Origin: Bacilli bacterium
GTDB taxonomy: Bacteria > Bacillota_I > Bacilli_A > RF39 > UBA660
Direction: 5' to 3'
Length of the DNA: 64,000 bases
Assembly (NCBI GenBank): GCA_017484205.1
Contig: JAFUTO010000013.1
Location: 217 to 64,216, forward strand
In this document: piece by piece, positions 20,374 to 30,484 of the stretch
How positions within the stretch are numbered: position 1 is the stretch's first letter
Layout: every line of letters starts with the position of its first letter
Notes under the pieces: generated by a model
Databases searched by the model: none
Told to the model about the DNA's origin: nothing
What the model saw: only the letters and a program-made list of their open reading frames with translations
Position numbers and translations under genes: made by a program

Positions 20374-21060
20374 TTGACAAAGGTGGCAATTGAACTAAGA
20401 GAATGCAGTAAAATTTATAAAAGCAAGAAGTTAGATGATGTTGTTGCACTTAATAAATTTAGTTATATTTTTGAATATGGAAAGATTTATGGAATTATGG
20501 GAAAAAGTGGTGCTGGTAAAACAACATTACTCAATTTAATTTCAATGATTGATGATATAAGTGACGGAAAAATTTTAATAGATAATATTAGTGTGGATAA
20601 ATTGAAAATTAGTGAGAAAGCATTAAAGAGAAATAATGATATTGGAATGATTTTTCAAAATTATATGTTAAATGAATATATGAATTCTTATGAAAATATT
20701 GTGTTGCCAATGTTGATTAATAAAAATGTGGATAGACGTAATCGAAAAGAAAATGTTACTAAACTAATTAATATGGTAGGATTACCCGACAAGTTAAAAA
20801 GATATCCATCTGAACTTTCTGGCGGTGAAAAGCAAAGAATTGCTATAGCTCGTGCATTAGCTAATGATCCAAAAATAATATTAGCAGATGAACCAACTGG
20901 AAATTTGGATGAAGAGAATGAAACATATATATTTAAATTACTTAGAAAATTTGCGGAAGATGGTAAATGTGTAATTGTGGTAAGCCATAGTAATATCATA
21001 AAGAAATATGCTGATATAATAATAAACATTAGAAAAGGTGAACTATATGTCAATAAGTGA
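20374..21060 (+). CDS. ABC transporter ATP-binding protein (LolD/MacB type)
   Basis: GKSGAGKTT, LSGGEKQR, ILADEPTGNLD. Confidence 0.93.
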   Translation: MTKVAIELRECSKIYKSKKLDDVVALNKFSYIFEYGKIYGIMGKSGAGKTTLLNLISMIDDISDGKILIDNISVDKLKISEKALKRNNDIGMIFQNYMLNEYMNSYENIVLPMLINKNVDRRNRKENVTKLINMVGLPDKLKRYPSELSGGEKQRIAIARALANDPKIILADEPTGNLDEENETYIFKLLRKFAEDGKCVIVVSHSNIIKKYADIIINIRKGELYVNK

Positions 21061-22243
21061 TATTATACATTTATCGTTTTTCAATTTTAGGAAACATTTA
21101 AGTAATTGGCTTATAATATTAATGTTAACTATTTCATCTGTAATCACAATAGTTGGATTTTCTTATTATAATTCTATTCATAAATTTTGGGATGACTGGT
21201 TGAAAAATTCATATGATTTTAGACTATATTTAATTTCATATGACTATGATCATTATACTTATGATGAAATAAAAGAAAATTTATTGAATAATGAACATAT
21301 TGTTGATGTATTTAAGTACACTGAACTCATGGTTGTTGGTAATGCTGTTGATTTCATAACTGTTGATGTCGATGGTGAGACTAAAATTTTAGGTACTGTT
21401 GCTAGTACCAAAAAAATATTAAAAGGTAATGATTTAGGAGAAAAAAAATATGAAATAATCTGTCCATCACATTTTTTACCGAAATCTAATATTCAAAATG
21501 GTCAATATGATAAAAATTTGGAGGTCGATATATCTGCGAATATTGGAGATGTTATACGTTTTGAGCTTTTTCCTAATACAAAAAACAGTCCAATGGTTAA
21601 TATGACATTAGTTGGTGTGTACGATGAAGATTATGATTATTCTGATATAAATATATGCTATACAAATCATGAAACTATTAGTCAAATTAATAGAAAATAT
21701 CAGTCGAATGTGGTTGATGAAGGTAGAGGAATATACATTTTAATAGACAATACTAATAATATCGATAATATATATGAAGTGGATGGTGTTTATGAAATGT
21801 TTGCTATGAAGCAAATAAGGACTGATGTAGCTGATAATGTATTTAAAGTAACTAGTATTTTTACAATTGTATCATATATTTTAACTGGTGTATTATTGCT
21901 GATTATGTTTAATAAAAAGTTTAGAAATGAGTATAGAAATTACGGATTGCTATTAGCTTTAGGATATGAAAAGAAAACTATTAAACTAATTTCATATTTA
22001 GAAAATTTATTTATAATTGTTACATTTTTTATAATAGCTAGTATTCTAAATGTAGTTGTTTTGAAGAACTTTACAAAAATATTTTTATCTAATCAAATGC
22101 AATTATCAAAAATTAATATAGGTATATCACTAATCGCGTTACTATTTAGCACAATTGTTTTATTAATAATTGTATATATTTTTAGTTATAGGAATTCAAA
22201 GAAAATAGAAGAAATGAATATTATTGATGTATTAAGAGGCTAA
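21047..22243 (+). CDS. FtsX/MacB-like ABC permease
   Basis: N-terminal TM, large extracytoplasmic loop, three C-terminal TMs with YGLLLALGY. Confidence 0.8.
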   Translation: MSISDIIHLSFFNFRKHLSNWLIILMLTISSVITIVGFSYYNSIHKFWDDWLKNSYDFRLYLISYDYDHYTYDEIKENLLNNEHIVDVFKYTELMVVGNAVDFITVDVDGETKILGTVASTKKILKGNDLGEKKYEIICPSHFLPKSNIQNGQYDKNLEVDISANIGDVIRFELFPNTKNSPMVNMTLVGVYDEDYDYSDINICYTNHETISQINRKYQSNVVDEGRGIYILIDNTNNIDNIYEVDGVYEMFAMKQIRTDVADNVFKVTSIFTIVSYILTGVLLLIMFNKKFRNEYRNYGLLLALGYEKKTIKLISYLENLFIIVTFFIIASILNVVVLKNFTKIFLSNQMQLSKINIGISLIALLFSTIVLLIIVYIFSYRNSKKIEEMNIIDVLRG

Positions 22244-22245
22244 AA

Positions 22246-23217
22246 ATGCTTAAAACTAATTTAAATTATTGTATACATAATATTAATTTTAGGAAATATT
22301 TATTAATATTTTTTATAATTAATTTATCATTAGTATGTTCTTTATTGTATTATAATTATATTGATAATAATATTAATAATATTACTGGTTCATCTCAGTA
22401 TAGAACATTATATGTTAATATTACTGCTGAGCAATATGATATTTTTCAAGAAAAATATGATTTTAATAGTTATGATAGCATAGAAATATATGCTGTCGGA
22501 AATTATTATGCTAATGATCAATTAGCTTTTAACTTAAATATTCCTGCAGAATCAATTAATATTGATAATTCATATGATAACTATGTCATTTTTAGTAATA
22601 ATGCTGAATTGTGTAAAAAAGGAAAAATTGTTATTGATGATGTCATAATTACTATTGTTCCAATTGAGTCAGATTATGAACTTTCATTTACTAACTATGC
22701 TACAGCAAAAATGTTCATAAAAAAAAGAATTGTTGAAGATTTTACTATAAAAATAGTTTTAGAAGATAATTTAAAAACTGAAATTATTAAAAGTGAACTA
22801 AAAGATGGAGCGTATGATGTTTATCAAATTAATATCAACGAATATGAGTATAATGCGTATTATAAATTAAAATTACAAGTAGATGTGATTGTTAAATTAG
22901 AATTTGTATTTGTATTTATTATAATTATTTTTATTTCAATTCAGATGGTTGTAGAACAATTAAAAGAATTACAAATTCTCTATAAACTAGGATATTCTAA
23001 TAATAAAATTTTTAGTTTTATATTTATATCTAATTTATATATTATTATTTTTACAAGTATTGTTATATTAATTAGCCAATTTGTAATAAAAAACTTTATA
23101 AATGGAATTTCATATTTATTTAACTTAAGTACAATCTTATTACCTGTATCTTTTGAGATAGTGGTTTCGTCTCTTATAATTTATATTTGTATTAATTTAT
23201 TATTTAAAAGGAGTTGA
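22246..23217 (+). CDS. FtsX-like ABC permease 2
   Basis: Same topology, ELQILYKLGYS motif. Confidence 0.7.
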   Translation: MLKTNLNYCIHNINFRKYLLIFFIINLSLVCSLLYYNYIDNNINNITGSSQYRTLYVNITAEQYDIFQEKYDFNSYDSIEIYAVGNYYANDQLAFNLNIPAESINIDNSYDNYVIFSNNAELCKKGKIVIDDVIITIVPIESDYELSFTNYATAKMFIKKRIVEDFTIKIVLEDNLKTEIIKSELKDGAYDVYQININEYEYNAYYKLKLQVDVIVKLEFVFVFIIIIFISIQMVVEQLKELQILYKLGYSNNKIFSFIFISNLYIIIFTSIVILISQFVIKNFINGISYLFNLSTILLPVSFEIVVSSLIIYICINLLFKRS

Positions 23218-23223
23218 TGTTTA

Positions 23224-24027
23224 ATGTCCAAAAATAAAATTTTGGCGATAGTTTTAATATTATTATTAGTGCTTATTTCCTTAATATTTTTCTTTAAAAA
23301 AGATTCTGTTGATTATGATAATATAGTTGATAATAATCCCTTTAAAGTGGAAAATCGTGTTATCAATTTAAATAATAAGAAAACGAATGCTGAAACCGCG
23401 TATTTATTGTATTCAGACCATGATTATAAATATTTTATAAATCAAAATCCTAAAAATATGTACGTATTATTAAGTGAAGTAGGTATTATAAATGATAAAA
23501 TATATAAAATTGCATTGGATAATTTAAAAAATAATAAATATAAAATTTGTGTTGATAATAATAAAAATAGTTTATATATGAATAATATTATAAAAAGTTT
23601 ATATATGGAAGATGTAAAAATATCTGATATATCACCTTATGTTGAAATTTATAAAGAGTCAAATGATGTTTCTTACATTATAGATGAATATGTTTATATT
23701 AAAGATGAGAGTATAAAAAACAAATTATATTATACAGATAAATATAACACAAGCATTTATTTGGATGGAATTTCTAGCGTTAAAATTGCATATGAAAATC
23801 AATACGTTGAATTGTCATCAATTCTAAAAGACGGCGACTTTATTGCTGATACTATTTATTATAATATTAATATAAAAAATGAAAAATATGAATATTATCC
23901 TATGGGCGAAGTATTTGATCCTTACAATTTATTTTCCGTAGTATATGGAAAACTTAAAATTGCTAAACAATTTAGAAATAATGAATTATATTATGTAATA
24001 TCATTATTCGGTGATAGCGATGATTAA
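23224..24027 (+). CDS. Membrane-anchored hypothetical protein
   Basis: N-terminal TM; last gene of the ABC operon. Confidence 0.6.
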   Translation: MSKNKILAIVLILLLVLISLIFFFKKDSVDYDNIVDNNPFKVENRVINLNNKKTNAETAYLLYSDHDYKYFINQNPKNMYVLLSEVGIINDKIYKIALDNLKNNKYKICVDNNKNSLYMNNIIKSLYMEDVKISDISPYVEIYKESNDVSYIIDEYVYIKDESIKNKLYYTDKYNTSIYLDGISSVKIAYENQYVELSSILKDGDFIADTIYYNINIKNEKYEYYPMGEVFDPYNLFSVVYGKLKIAKQFRNNELYYVISLFGDSDD

Positions 24028-24082
24028 GAATATAAAAGACTTAAATTATTAAAATCGCTTTAAAATATTGATAAAAAATAAC

Positions 24083-24162
24083 AAATCTGATAGAATAGAA
24101 TTGTAATTAAATCTCGTTTAAGCAGTGCCTGATTATAGTTGCTAGAAAGGAGATTTTATGAA
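24083..24162 (+). repeat. 80-bp leader repeat copy 1 (-10, 5'UTR, RBS, start codon)
   Basis: Identical to 24660-24739. Confidence 0.92.
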
Positions 24163-24604
24163 GAAAATAAGGTTGTTTCTATTTGCATTGATAATGATGC
24201 TACCTATTTCCATGGTATCTGCTTCACAATTATATTCCGACCTTACATATGTACAAATTGGATATGGTTCATCTCTTACTGGTGGTAGTCGTAACTTGCC
24301 TGCTGGATATAACTTTTTCTATTTAAAAAATTATTATTTCTATGATCAAAGTGGTAATGTTACATATAGTGGATATTCAAAAATACGTACATCATATATA
24401 GAAGATCATGCAACATATTCAACATTGATAGGTTATGCTGATAAAGACGTATCTCATTTAGATTCATTTTTATTGGATTGGGGATATTTAGCGGCTGGCA
24501 CAAGATATTATTCTTTTTCTACTAAAATAAATGGTACAAGTTATCTTGGTCAATATGCATCACCTGTAAAAATACAAGTTAATTCTAATTATAGATTTTA
24601 TTAA
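24158..24604 (+). CDS. Secreted protein, paralog A
   Basis: Sec signal ending VSA; shares AGYN, TYSTLIGY, WGYL..G.RYYS.ST.INGT with the 24735 protein. Confidence 0.75.
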   Translation: MKKIRLFLFALIMMLPISMVSASQLYSDLTYVQIGYGSSLTGGSRNLPAGYNFFYLKNYYFYDQSGNVTYSGYSKIRTSYIEDHATYSTLIGYADKDVSHLDSFLLDWGYLAAGTRYYSFSTKINGTSYLGQYASPVKIQVNSNYRFY

Positions 24605-24659
24605 TCTAAAAATAGCTCTATGTGATAATGCATAGAGTTATTTATTGAATTTTTTTTAT

Positions 24660-24739
24660 AAATCTGATAGAATAGAATTGTAATTAAATCTCGTTTAAGC
24701 AGTGCCTGATTATAGTTGCTAGAAAGGAGATTTTATGAA
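24660..24739 (+). repeat. 80-bp leader repeat copy 2
   Basis: Identical to 24083-24162. Confidence 0.92.
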
Positions 24740-25196
24740 AAACGCAAAATTCATAGTAATAGCTGTACTATTATCGGTATTTTGTATGACAAATGTATCT
24801 GCATCAATCATAAATAATTATGATGACCCAATTGATATTCCATATGGTTCTACAGTAATTGATATGGATCATATTAGATACTTTAGTGCTGGATATAATT
24901 ATTTTAGAATGGAAGTACAATATTTGTTAAGTTCTACGGGTGCTCTAAATAATGTAACTGTTAGTAAAGTAAGAACAACTTATATAGAATCTTCTGGTAC
25001 TTATTCTACATTAATTGGATATCAAGATGCCTCTGTCTCAACTAGCGCCCCAGTCTTTGCGATTCGTTGGGGATATTTGTCATCTGGAAATAGATATTAT
25101 TCTTATAGCACCGAAATAAATGGTACTGACTATTATGGTATTCGTCCTTTACATATGTATAAGCGTTCGAATTCAGGCGATTCATTTTGGGGATAA
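24735..25196 (+). CDS. Secreted protein, paralog B
   Basis: Sec signal ending VSA; homologous to the 24158 protein. Confidence 0.75.
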   Translation: MKNAKFIVIAVLLSVFCMTNVSASIINNYDDPIDIPYGSTVIDMDHIRYFSAGYNYFRMEVQYLLSSTGALNNVTVSKVRTTYIESSGTYSTLIGYQDASVSTSAPVFAIRWGYLSSGNRYYSYSTEINGTDYYGIRPLHMYKRSNSGDSFWG

Positions 25197-25197
25197 A

Positions 25198-25226
25198 AAT
25201 AACCACCCTATATTAGGGTGGTTATT
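25198..25226 (+). terminator. Intrinsic (possibly bidirectional) terminator
   Basis: AATAACCACCCTA-TAT-TAGGGTGGTTATT hairpin. Confidence 0.75.
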
Positions 25227-25320
25227 AAGCAGTAATTTATTCGTATGGTTTCGAATAAATAAGAAAGAAATCTCTTTCTCACTATTAATTATATATATTT
25301 AATTAATTAATTCAATAGCA

Positions 25321-25352
25321 TTTGCACGAAATGGCGTTTTCCTTGCGTGAAA
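25321..25352 (-). repeat. 32-bp motif copy 1 (inverted)
   Basis: Reverse complement TTTCACGCAAGGAAAACGCCATTTCGTGCAAA matches the copies at 29026 and 30485. Confidence 0.85.
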
Positions 25353-25405
25353 ATAAGTAATAATTTCTATAAAATTTATTTTATTACACAAATTTATAAA
25401 TGTGC

Positions 25406-25434
25406 TTGACTATTAAAATTATAAATGCTATAAT
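25406..25434 (+). promoter_or_regulatory. sigmaA promoter of the YbfG-like gene
   Basis: TTGACT-17bp-TATAAT with extended TG. Confidence 0.75.
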
Positions 25435-25675
25435 TTACTTGACAAGTGATTATAGATATTGAACGGTATAGATTATAAAGTTTAGTTAATACTTAATAAT
25501 TTATGCTGTTTTTTCTTTATAATACTTCATATGTCCGGACTATGAAATATTATGTTATAAATATTTATATTCAATTTGTCAATAATATTTAATATTTATG
25601 AATAGAGAACGGATTTTATAACGGTATTTTGATCTTTCGATATATTAAATAATTAATATAAAAGGAGATGAAAAT

Positions 25676-28078
25676 ATGGCGTTAAACGCTACAACAACGG
25701 GTGATCCATACGTTGCTAATGTTCAAGAATGGGTCAATGACACATATAGTGGGAGGACAGGATATACAGAAATAACTGTAAACGGTCAAGTCGGTTGGAC
25801 AACAATTTATGCATTATTGCATGCACTACAAATTGAATTAGGCATAACTAATACTGCAAATAATTTTGGACCATCTACTATTTCATTATTTAATTCTAGA
25901 TTTCCAAATGGTGTGCAACAACAAACTGATGGTGATACTAGTTCAGATAACATTTATGGTATTATACAAGGAGCTTTGATTTGTAAGGGATATGATATAG
26001 GTGCTAATACACCGACATGTCATTTTTATAATGGTACAGGAACTGCTATAAGAAATTTAAAATCTGATGCGGGTTTAACTGATACTACATCAACAGTCAC
26101 ATTAAATATAATGAAAGCATTAATGTCTATGGATTATTTTTATTCATATGACACATCGGAAAGAACTCAAAATATTATCGCAATGCAGAGATATTTAAAT
26201 AGAAACTATGAAAACTATATAGGAATTAGACCTTGTGATGGAGTATATGGAAGAGGTACAAATGCTGCTCTTTTATATGCAATACAAGCAGAAGAAGGGA
26301 TGCCAACATCAGTCGCAAATGGAAACTGTGGGCCATCTACTAAAAGATGTTTACCATTAATACCATATTCTGGAGGCTACACAAAAAATGGTCAAACTTA
26401 TGGTGTTAATTATTATGGACAAGTATATAATAGTGGCAGTATAGATAAGTTTAAAATATTATTAAATATGGCGTTATATTTTAATGGATATGGCGACGGT
26501 ACAATATCTTCTATTATTGATACAAATATTGTAAGTTTATTCCAGAGTGATTATTCTATCTCAAATACTGGAAATGTAGATTATACAACTTGGTTGTCAT
26601 TATTAGTTAGTTGTGGAGATATTGAACGTTCTGCACTTGCTTGTGATTGTGCTACAATATTAACTCAAGCTAAGGCAGCGACTTTATTTAATAATGGTTA
26701 TAGATATGTTGGAAGATATTTATCTGGTACTGCAGCCGGTGGTGTAAGTAAAGCATTATCAAGAGAGGAATTACAAATAGCATTTAATAATGGTCTTAAT
26801 GTATTCCCTATTTATCAAAGTAGCGGAACAGATATAAATTATTTTACATACGAACAAGGTAAGTATGATGCAAAAGAAGCAATGAAATATGCTGATAAGT
26901 TAGGAATACCAAGTGATACTATAATATTCTTTGCTGTAGATTGTGATCCATTAGATTATCAAATTACACAAAATATCATTCCATATTTTAATGGAATTAA
27001 TAGTGTGATTGCAGGTTATGGTGTAGGTATATATGGTACAAGAAATGCTTGTTCTAGAATAAGTAATTTAGGGTATGCAAGTAACAGCTTTGTAAGCGAT
27101 ATGTCAACAGGATTTAGTGGCAATTTAGGTTTCAATATTCCTAGCAATTGGATTTATGACCAATTTACTACAATAACTGTTGGTAGTGGCGATGGACAAA
27201 TAGAAATTGATAAAGATGGATATTCATCAAATAATGCTAATAGTCATAACTCTTTTAATTCTATTACTACAGCTCCTTTAATTGCAAAAACGGCAGATTC
27301 GATACAAAAAATCTACGATTTAGCTATGAATTATACCGGTAATAATGTATCAAAAAGCACATTGCTAACTTTACAATATTTACGTTCTTATAAAGGACGA
27401 TATTCAAATTCATTTTGGGGTATAACTGCTGGTGAAATTAGTGATAATTTTTGCAATTATGTGAATACTAATTATCCAACTTTACCATTAACATTTTTTG
27501 AACCGGTTAAAGAAAAAGATGGTATCTTTGTTGAATACGAATTGGATCATATGTGTGCTACATTAAATGCTTTACTTTATGAAGTTGGTGAGGGAGAAAT
27601 ACCTGGGTTAGATTTTATAACTGATAATTTTGCAAGTTGGGTTGGTGATTGTGCCTCTTTCTCTGGCGATATTTATACTGCTAGTGATAATGGTGAAACT
27701 AATTTACAAGATTGGGCTAATGATAATATTTGCCAATTAAATGATACATCATTTGATTTTAGTGATTATGCTGCTGATATTGATGCAGAAAATATTTATT
27801 TTAAAATAAATAGCGGCATTAGTTTACCAATTGCATTTCTTACTTATTTTGCAACTATTTTAAATCAAGATGCTGATGTATATACAAGAACGAGTACATG
27901 GGTAAATAATCACTCTACAGGTTTCTTGGAGGATAGAATTGCTTTGTTAAATTCAACTGATTTTACAATTTATGCTGCCGTTCTACAAAGAAGGCTTCCA
28001 TATAATTCAACTTATTTTGCAATAGCTCTAAATGCATTTCAAACATATCTTTATACAGAATATGGTAATGGTAGGTAA
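25676..28078 (+). CDS. YbfG/FadG-like protein: PG-binding repeats + DUF1906 glycoside hydrolase-like domain + C-terminal domain
   Basis: VQEWVNDTYSG..GWTTIYALLHALQIELGI, PCDGVYG, ACDCATIL, YVGRYL, SDMSTGFSGNLG; no signal peptide. Confidence 0.85.
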   Translation: MALNATTTGDPYVANVQEWVNDTYSGRTGYTEITVNGQVGWTTIYALLHALQIELGITNTANNFGPSTISLFNSRFPNGVQQQTDGDTSSDNIYGIIQGALICKGYDIGANTPTCHFYNGTGTAIRNLKSDAGLTDTTSTVTLNIMKALMSMDYFYSYDTSERTQNIIAMQRYLNRNYENYIGIRPCDGVYGRGTNAALLYAIQAEEGMPTSVANGNCGPSTKRCLPLIPYSGGYTKNGQTYGVNYYGQVYNSGSIDKFKILLNMALYFNGYGDGTISSIIDTNIVSLFQSDYSISNTGNVDYTTWLSLLVSCGDIERSALACDCATILTQAKAATLFNNGYRYVGRYLSGTAAGGVSKALSREELQIAFNNGLNVFPIYQSSGTDINYFTYEQGKYDAKEAMKYADKLGIPSDTIIFFAVDCDPLDYQITQNIIPYFNGINSVIAGYGVGIYGTRNACSRISNLGYASNSFVSDMSTGFSGNLGFNIPSNWIYDQFTTITVGSGDGQIEIDKDGYSSNNANSHNSFNSITTAPLIAKTADSIQKIYDLAMNYTGNNVSKSTLLTLQYLRSYKGRYSNSFWGITAGEISDNFCNYVNTNYPTLPLTFFEPVKEKDGIFVEYELDHMCATLNALLYEVGEGEIPGLDFITDNFASWVGDCASFSGDIYTASDNGETNLQDWANDNICQLNDTSFDFSDYAADIDAENIYFKINSGISLPIAFLTYFATILNQDADVYTRTSTWVNNHSTGFLEDRIALLNSTDFTIYAAVLQRRLPYNSTYFAIALNAFQTYLYTEYGNGR

Positions 28079-28137
28079 CAATAAGCAATAATTGTATTAA
28101 AAAAATTTATATGGTATAATGTCATTGGTGAGTTTAC

Positions 28138-28563
28138 ATGAAGAACTATATAAAGAAATGGTATACATATATTTTAAGTTATCCAATATTGCTTATCTTA
28201 ATTTTATTTTTTACAAAATTTATTTTAAATATATTACATTACGAATTTAGATTAGCTATATATATATATATTAGTTCATTTATTAATTTTTTAATATTGT
28301 GCGGTATTATACAACTTGTTATAAAATCAAATGAAGATAGGATAAGTAAAATTATTTTATTAATTCTAATAATACCTTTATATATATTGATATTTAGTCT
28401 TATTATATGGTTTACAGTAAATATTAAAAGTGAAAGAGTTATTGATGATAAAAGATATGTGTTGTGTACTACTTCTCGTTTCCCTGGATATATAGAGAGA
28501 CAGTATGTTTATATTAATGAAATAATTAGAGGCAATGACATAATATTTGAAAAAATTGATTGA
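28138..28563 (+). CDS. Three-TM membrane protein
   Basis: Three hydrophobic helices; own TGGTATAAT promoter. Confidence 0.6.
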   Translation: MKNYIKKWYTYILSYPILLILILFFTKFILNILHYEFRLAIYIYISSFINFLILCGIIQLVIKSNEDRISKIILLILIIPLYILIFSLIIWFTVNIKSERVIDDKRYVLCTTSRFPGYIERQYVYINEIIRGNDIIFEKID

Positions 28564-28607
28564 TATGATTATTGATTTTATATTTTATAATTTTTAAGGA
28601 TTTTAGA

Positions 28608-29009
28608 ATGAAAAATATCATTGAAAAGATATTTGGATTAGCTGGAGCTATATTAATATTCTTGTTAGGTGAGTTTGATTTTTTATTAAAAGCGATACTT
28701 GCTTTAATGTTTATAGATTATATAACTGGAGTTTGTAGTTCGTTTGTTAATAAAAAGATTAATAGTAGTATTGGTGGGCAAGGAATTGTTAAGAAGGTTG
28801 GATACTTATGCGTAATTGCTGTATCAGTAATATTAGACCAAATGCTAGAATCTAACGGTGCTATTAGAACTTTAGTTATTACGACGTTTATACTTAATGA
28901 GATGCTTTCTATTTTAGAAAATAGTAGTCAAATGGGTATAAAAATACCTAAAATAATATACAAATCACTCGAAAAAATAGATTCAAATAACCAAAAAGAT
29001 TCATTATGA
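28608..29009 (+). CDS. Phage holin family 4 (toxin secretion/lysis holin)
   Basis: IDYITG, INSSIG..GIVKK, NEMLSILEN..MGIKIP. Confidence 0.88.
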   Translation: MKNIIEKIFGLAGAILIFLLGEFDFLLKAILALMFIDYITGVCSSFVNKKINSSIGGQGIVKKVGYLCVIAVSVILDQMLESNGAIRTLVITTFILNEMLSILENSSQMGIKIPKIIYKSLEKIDSNNQKDSL

Positions 29010-29025
29010 ATCTTTTTTTAGTACA

Positions 29026-29057
29026 TTTCGTGCAAGGAAAACGCCATTTCGTGCAAA
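29026..29057 (+). repeat. 32-bp motif copy 2
   Basis: TTTCGTGCAAGGAAAACGCCATTTCGTGCAAA; internal 10-bp direct repeat at 21-bp period. Confidence 0.85.
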
Positions 29058-29300
29058 TTATCTTTATTTTATTTTATTAATTTCTATAATAATTACCATT
29101 AACAATTATGTTTAGTGTGGTTGTGGTGTGTGGTGGTTAATTATTTTGTACAAATACAGAAAACATATTGAATTTTTAATATTTATAATACTACCTGTGT
29201 CTTATATTCTTTCGTAGAATTTATACACAGTTTTTTTGTGTTATGAAAATAAAAAACAAATCTCCTCCTATCTTATTTAGCGGTAAGATAGGAGGAAAGT

Positions 29301-29777
29301 ATGAATAATCAACCCAAAAGGCGAAAGAGTAAAGACAATCCATATTCATTAATCGTAAATGACGAAAAAAAGGAATTTTATGTGTCTTTTAAAGATGCAA
29401 TTAATATATGTCATATAATTAAAATTAATGAGAAACTTTATCAGCAATTTAATCAATTTGAATTGGATGATTTATCTATTATGAATGAATATGATAATCA
29501 TATAGAACATTCTGAATTATATGAATCGACATTAAATAAAAGGGTAATTGATAAACCTGCTTTAATAGATGAGGTAGTAGAGAATAAAATAAATTATGAA
29601 AAATTAAATGAATGTATAGAATTATTACCGGAAATCCAAAAAAGGAGATTAAAAAAATACTTTTTTGAAAGCAAAACATTTGAGCAAATTGCAAATGAGG
29701 AAAACTGTACAAAAAGAGCAATAAAATTTAGTGTAGATATAGCTGTAAAAAAAATTTCAAAAAATTTTTATAATTAG
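29301..29777 (+). CDS. Sigma-70 region 4 domain protein (Tn916 Orf7-like), paralog 1
   Basis: LPEIQKRRLKKYFFESKTFEQIANEENCTKRAI HTH; paralog at 30853. Confidence 0.8.
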   Translation: MNNQPKRRKSKDNPYSLIVNDEKKEFYVSFKDAINICHIIKINEKLYQQFNQFELDDLSIMNEYDNHIEHSELYESTLNKRVIDKPALIDEVVENKINYEKLNECIELLPEIQKRRLKKYFFESKTFEQIANEENCTKRAIKFSVDIAVKKISKNFYN

Positions 29778-29896
29778 ACTACACAAAACACTTTTTAGTT
29801 AGGAAACAAGTGAGAGAAATAATTTAATTTCTTTCATCTGTAGTATAAGTAATTGTGAATAATTGTTTAGGATAAGTAACGAGAAAGGAAGATAAT

Positions 29897-30262
29897 ATGG
29901 CATATTCAAAAAGGATACCACCTATAAAAATAGTGTTAACAATTAAGGAATATAATACATTGATAGGAGTTTTAACGGAAAATAGTAATAGTCAAAATGA
30001 TGAAATAATAAAAAATATTGCATTATTGACTAAAGAAAAATTATTAAAATATAGCGTACCTCGAAATGTAAATGAAAATATTGAAATAGATATAAGGTTA
30101 TATATAAATGAAGCAGTTGATATTATATCTCAATTTTTAACATTTACTAATTTAAGACTTAAAGAAATTGATTATTATCAAGTATTGTTAAAGGTAAGAG
30201 AAAATATAGGTGATTTAACTAATGAAAATGTTTCGGACAATGATATCATTAGAAACGAATAA
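29897..30262 (+). CDS. Hypothetical protein
   Basis: AAGGA RBS, 121 aa, followed by a terminator hairpin. Confidence 0.6.
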   Translation: MAYSKRIPPIKIVLTIKEYNTLIGVLTENSNSQNDEIIKNIALLTKEKLLKYSVPRNVNENIEIDIRLYINEAVDIISQFLTFTNLRLKEIDYYQVLLKVRENIGDLTNENVSDNDIIRNE

Positions 30263-30484
30263 ATAAATATTTATCACACACTTATATACAGTAAAAAATC
30301 AGATTCATAATAGAATCTGATTTTTTGTAATCTAAATCGATAGTGTGGTTAAACGATAAGACGGGTTATTATTTATAAATATTATATACTCAAAATAAAT
30401 TTTTTAAAATTATATTTTATAGAAAAAATTAAAAATAAAATAAATATATACTCTATTTTTTTAAAATATAATAAAAATACTTGT

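Noticed and set aside
24083-24739. CRISPR array or classical integron
   Set aside because: Only two repeat copies separated by a whole gene; no cas genes, attC-like structure or tyrosine integrase.
25676-29009. Prophage lysis cassette / prophage
   Set aside because: No capsid, terminase, portal or tail genes are present; the surrounding element is conjugative.
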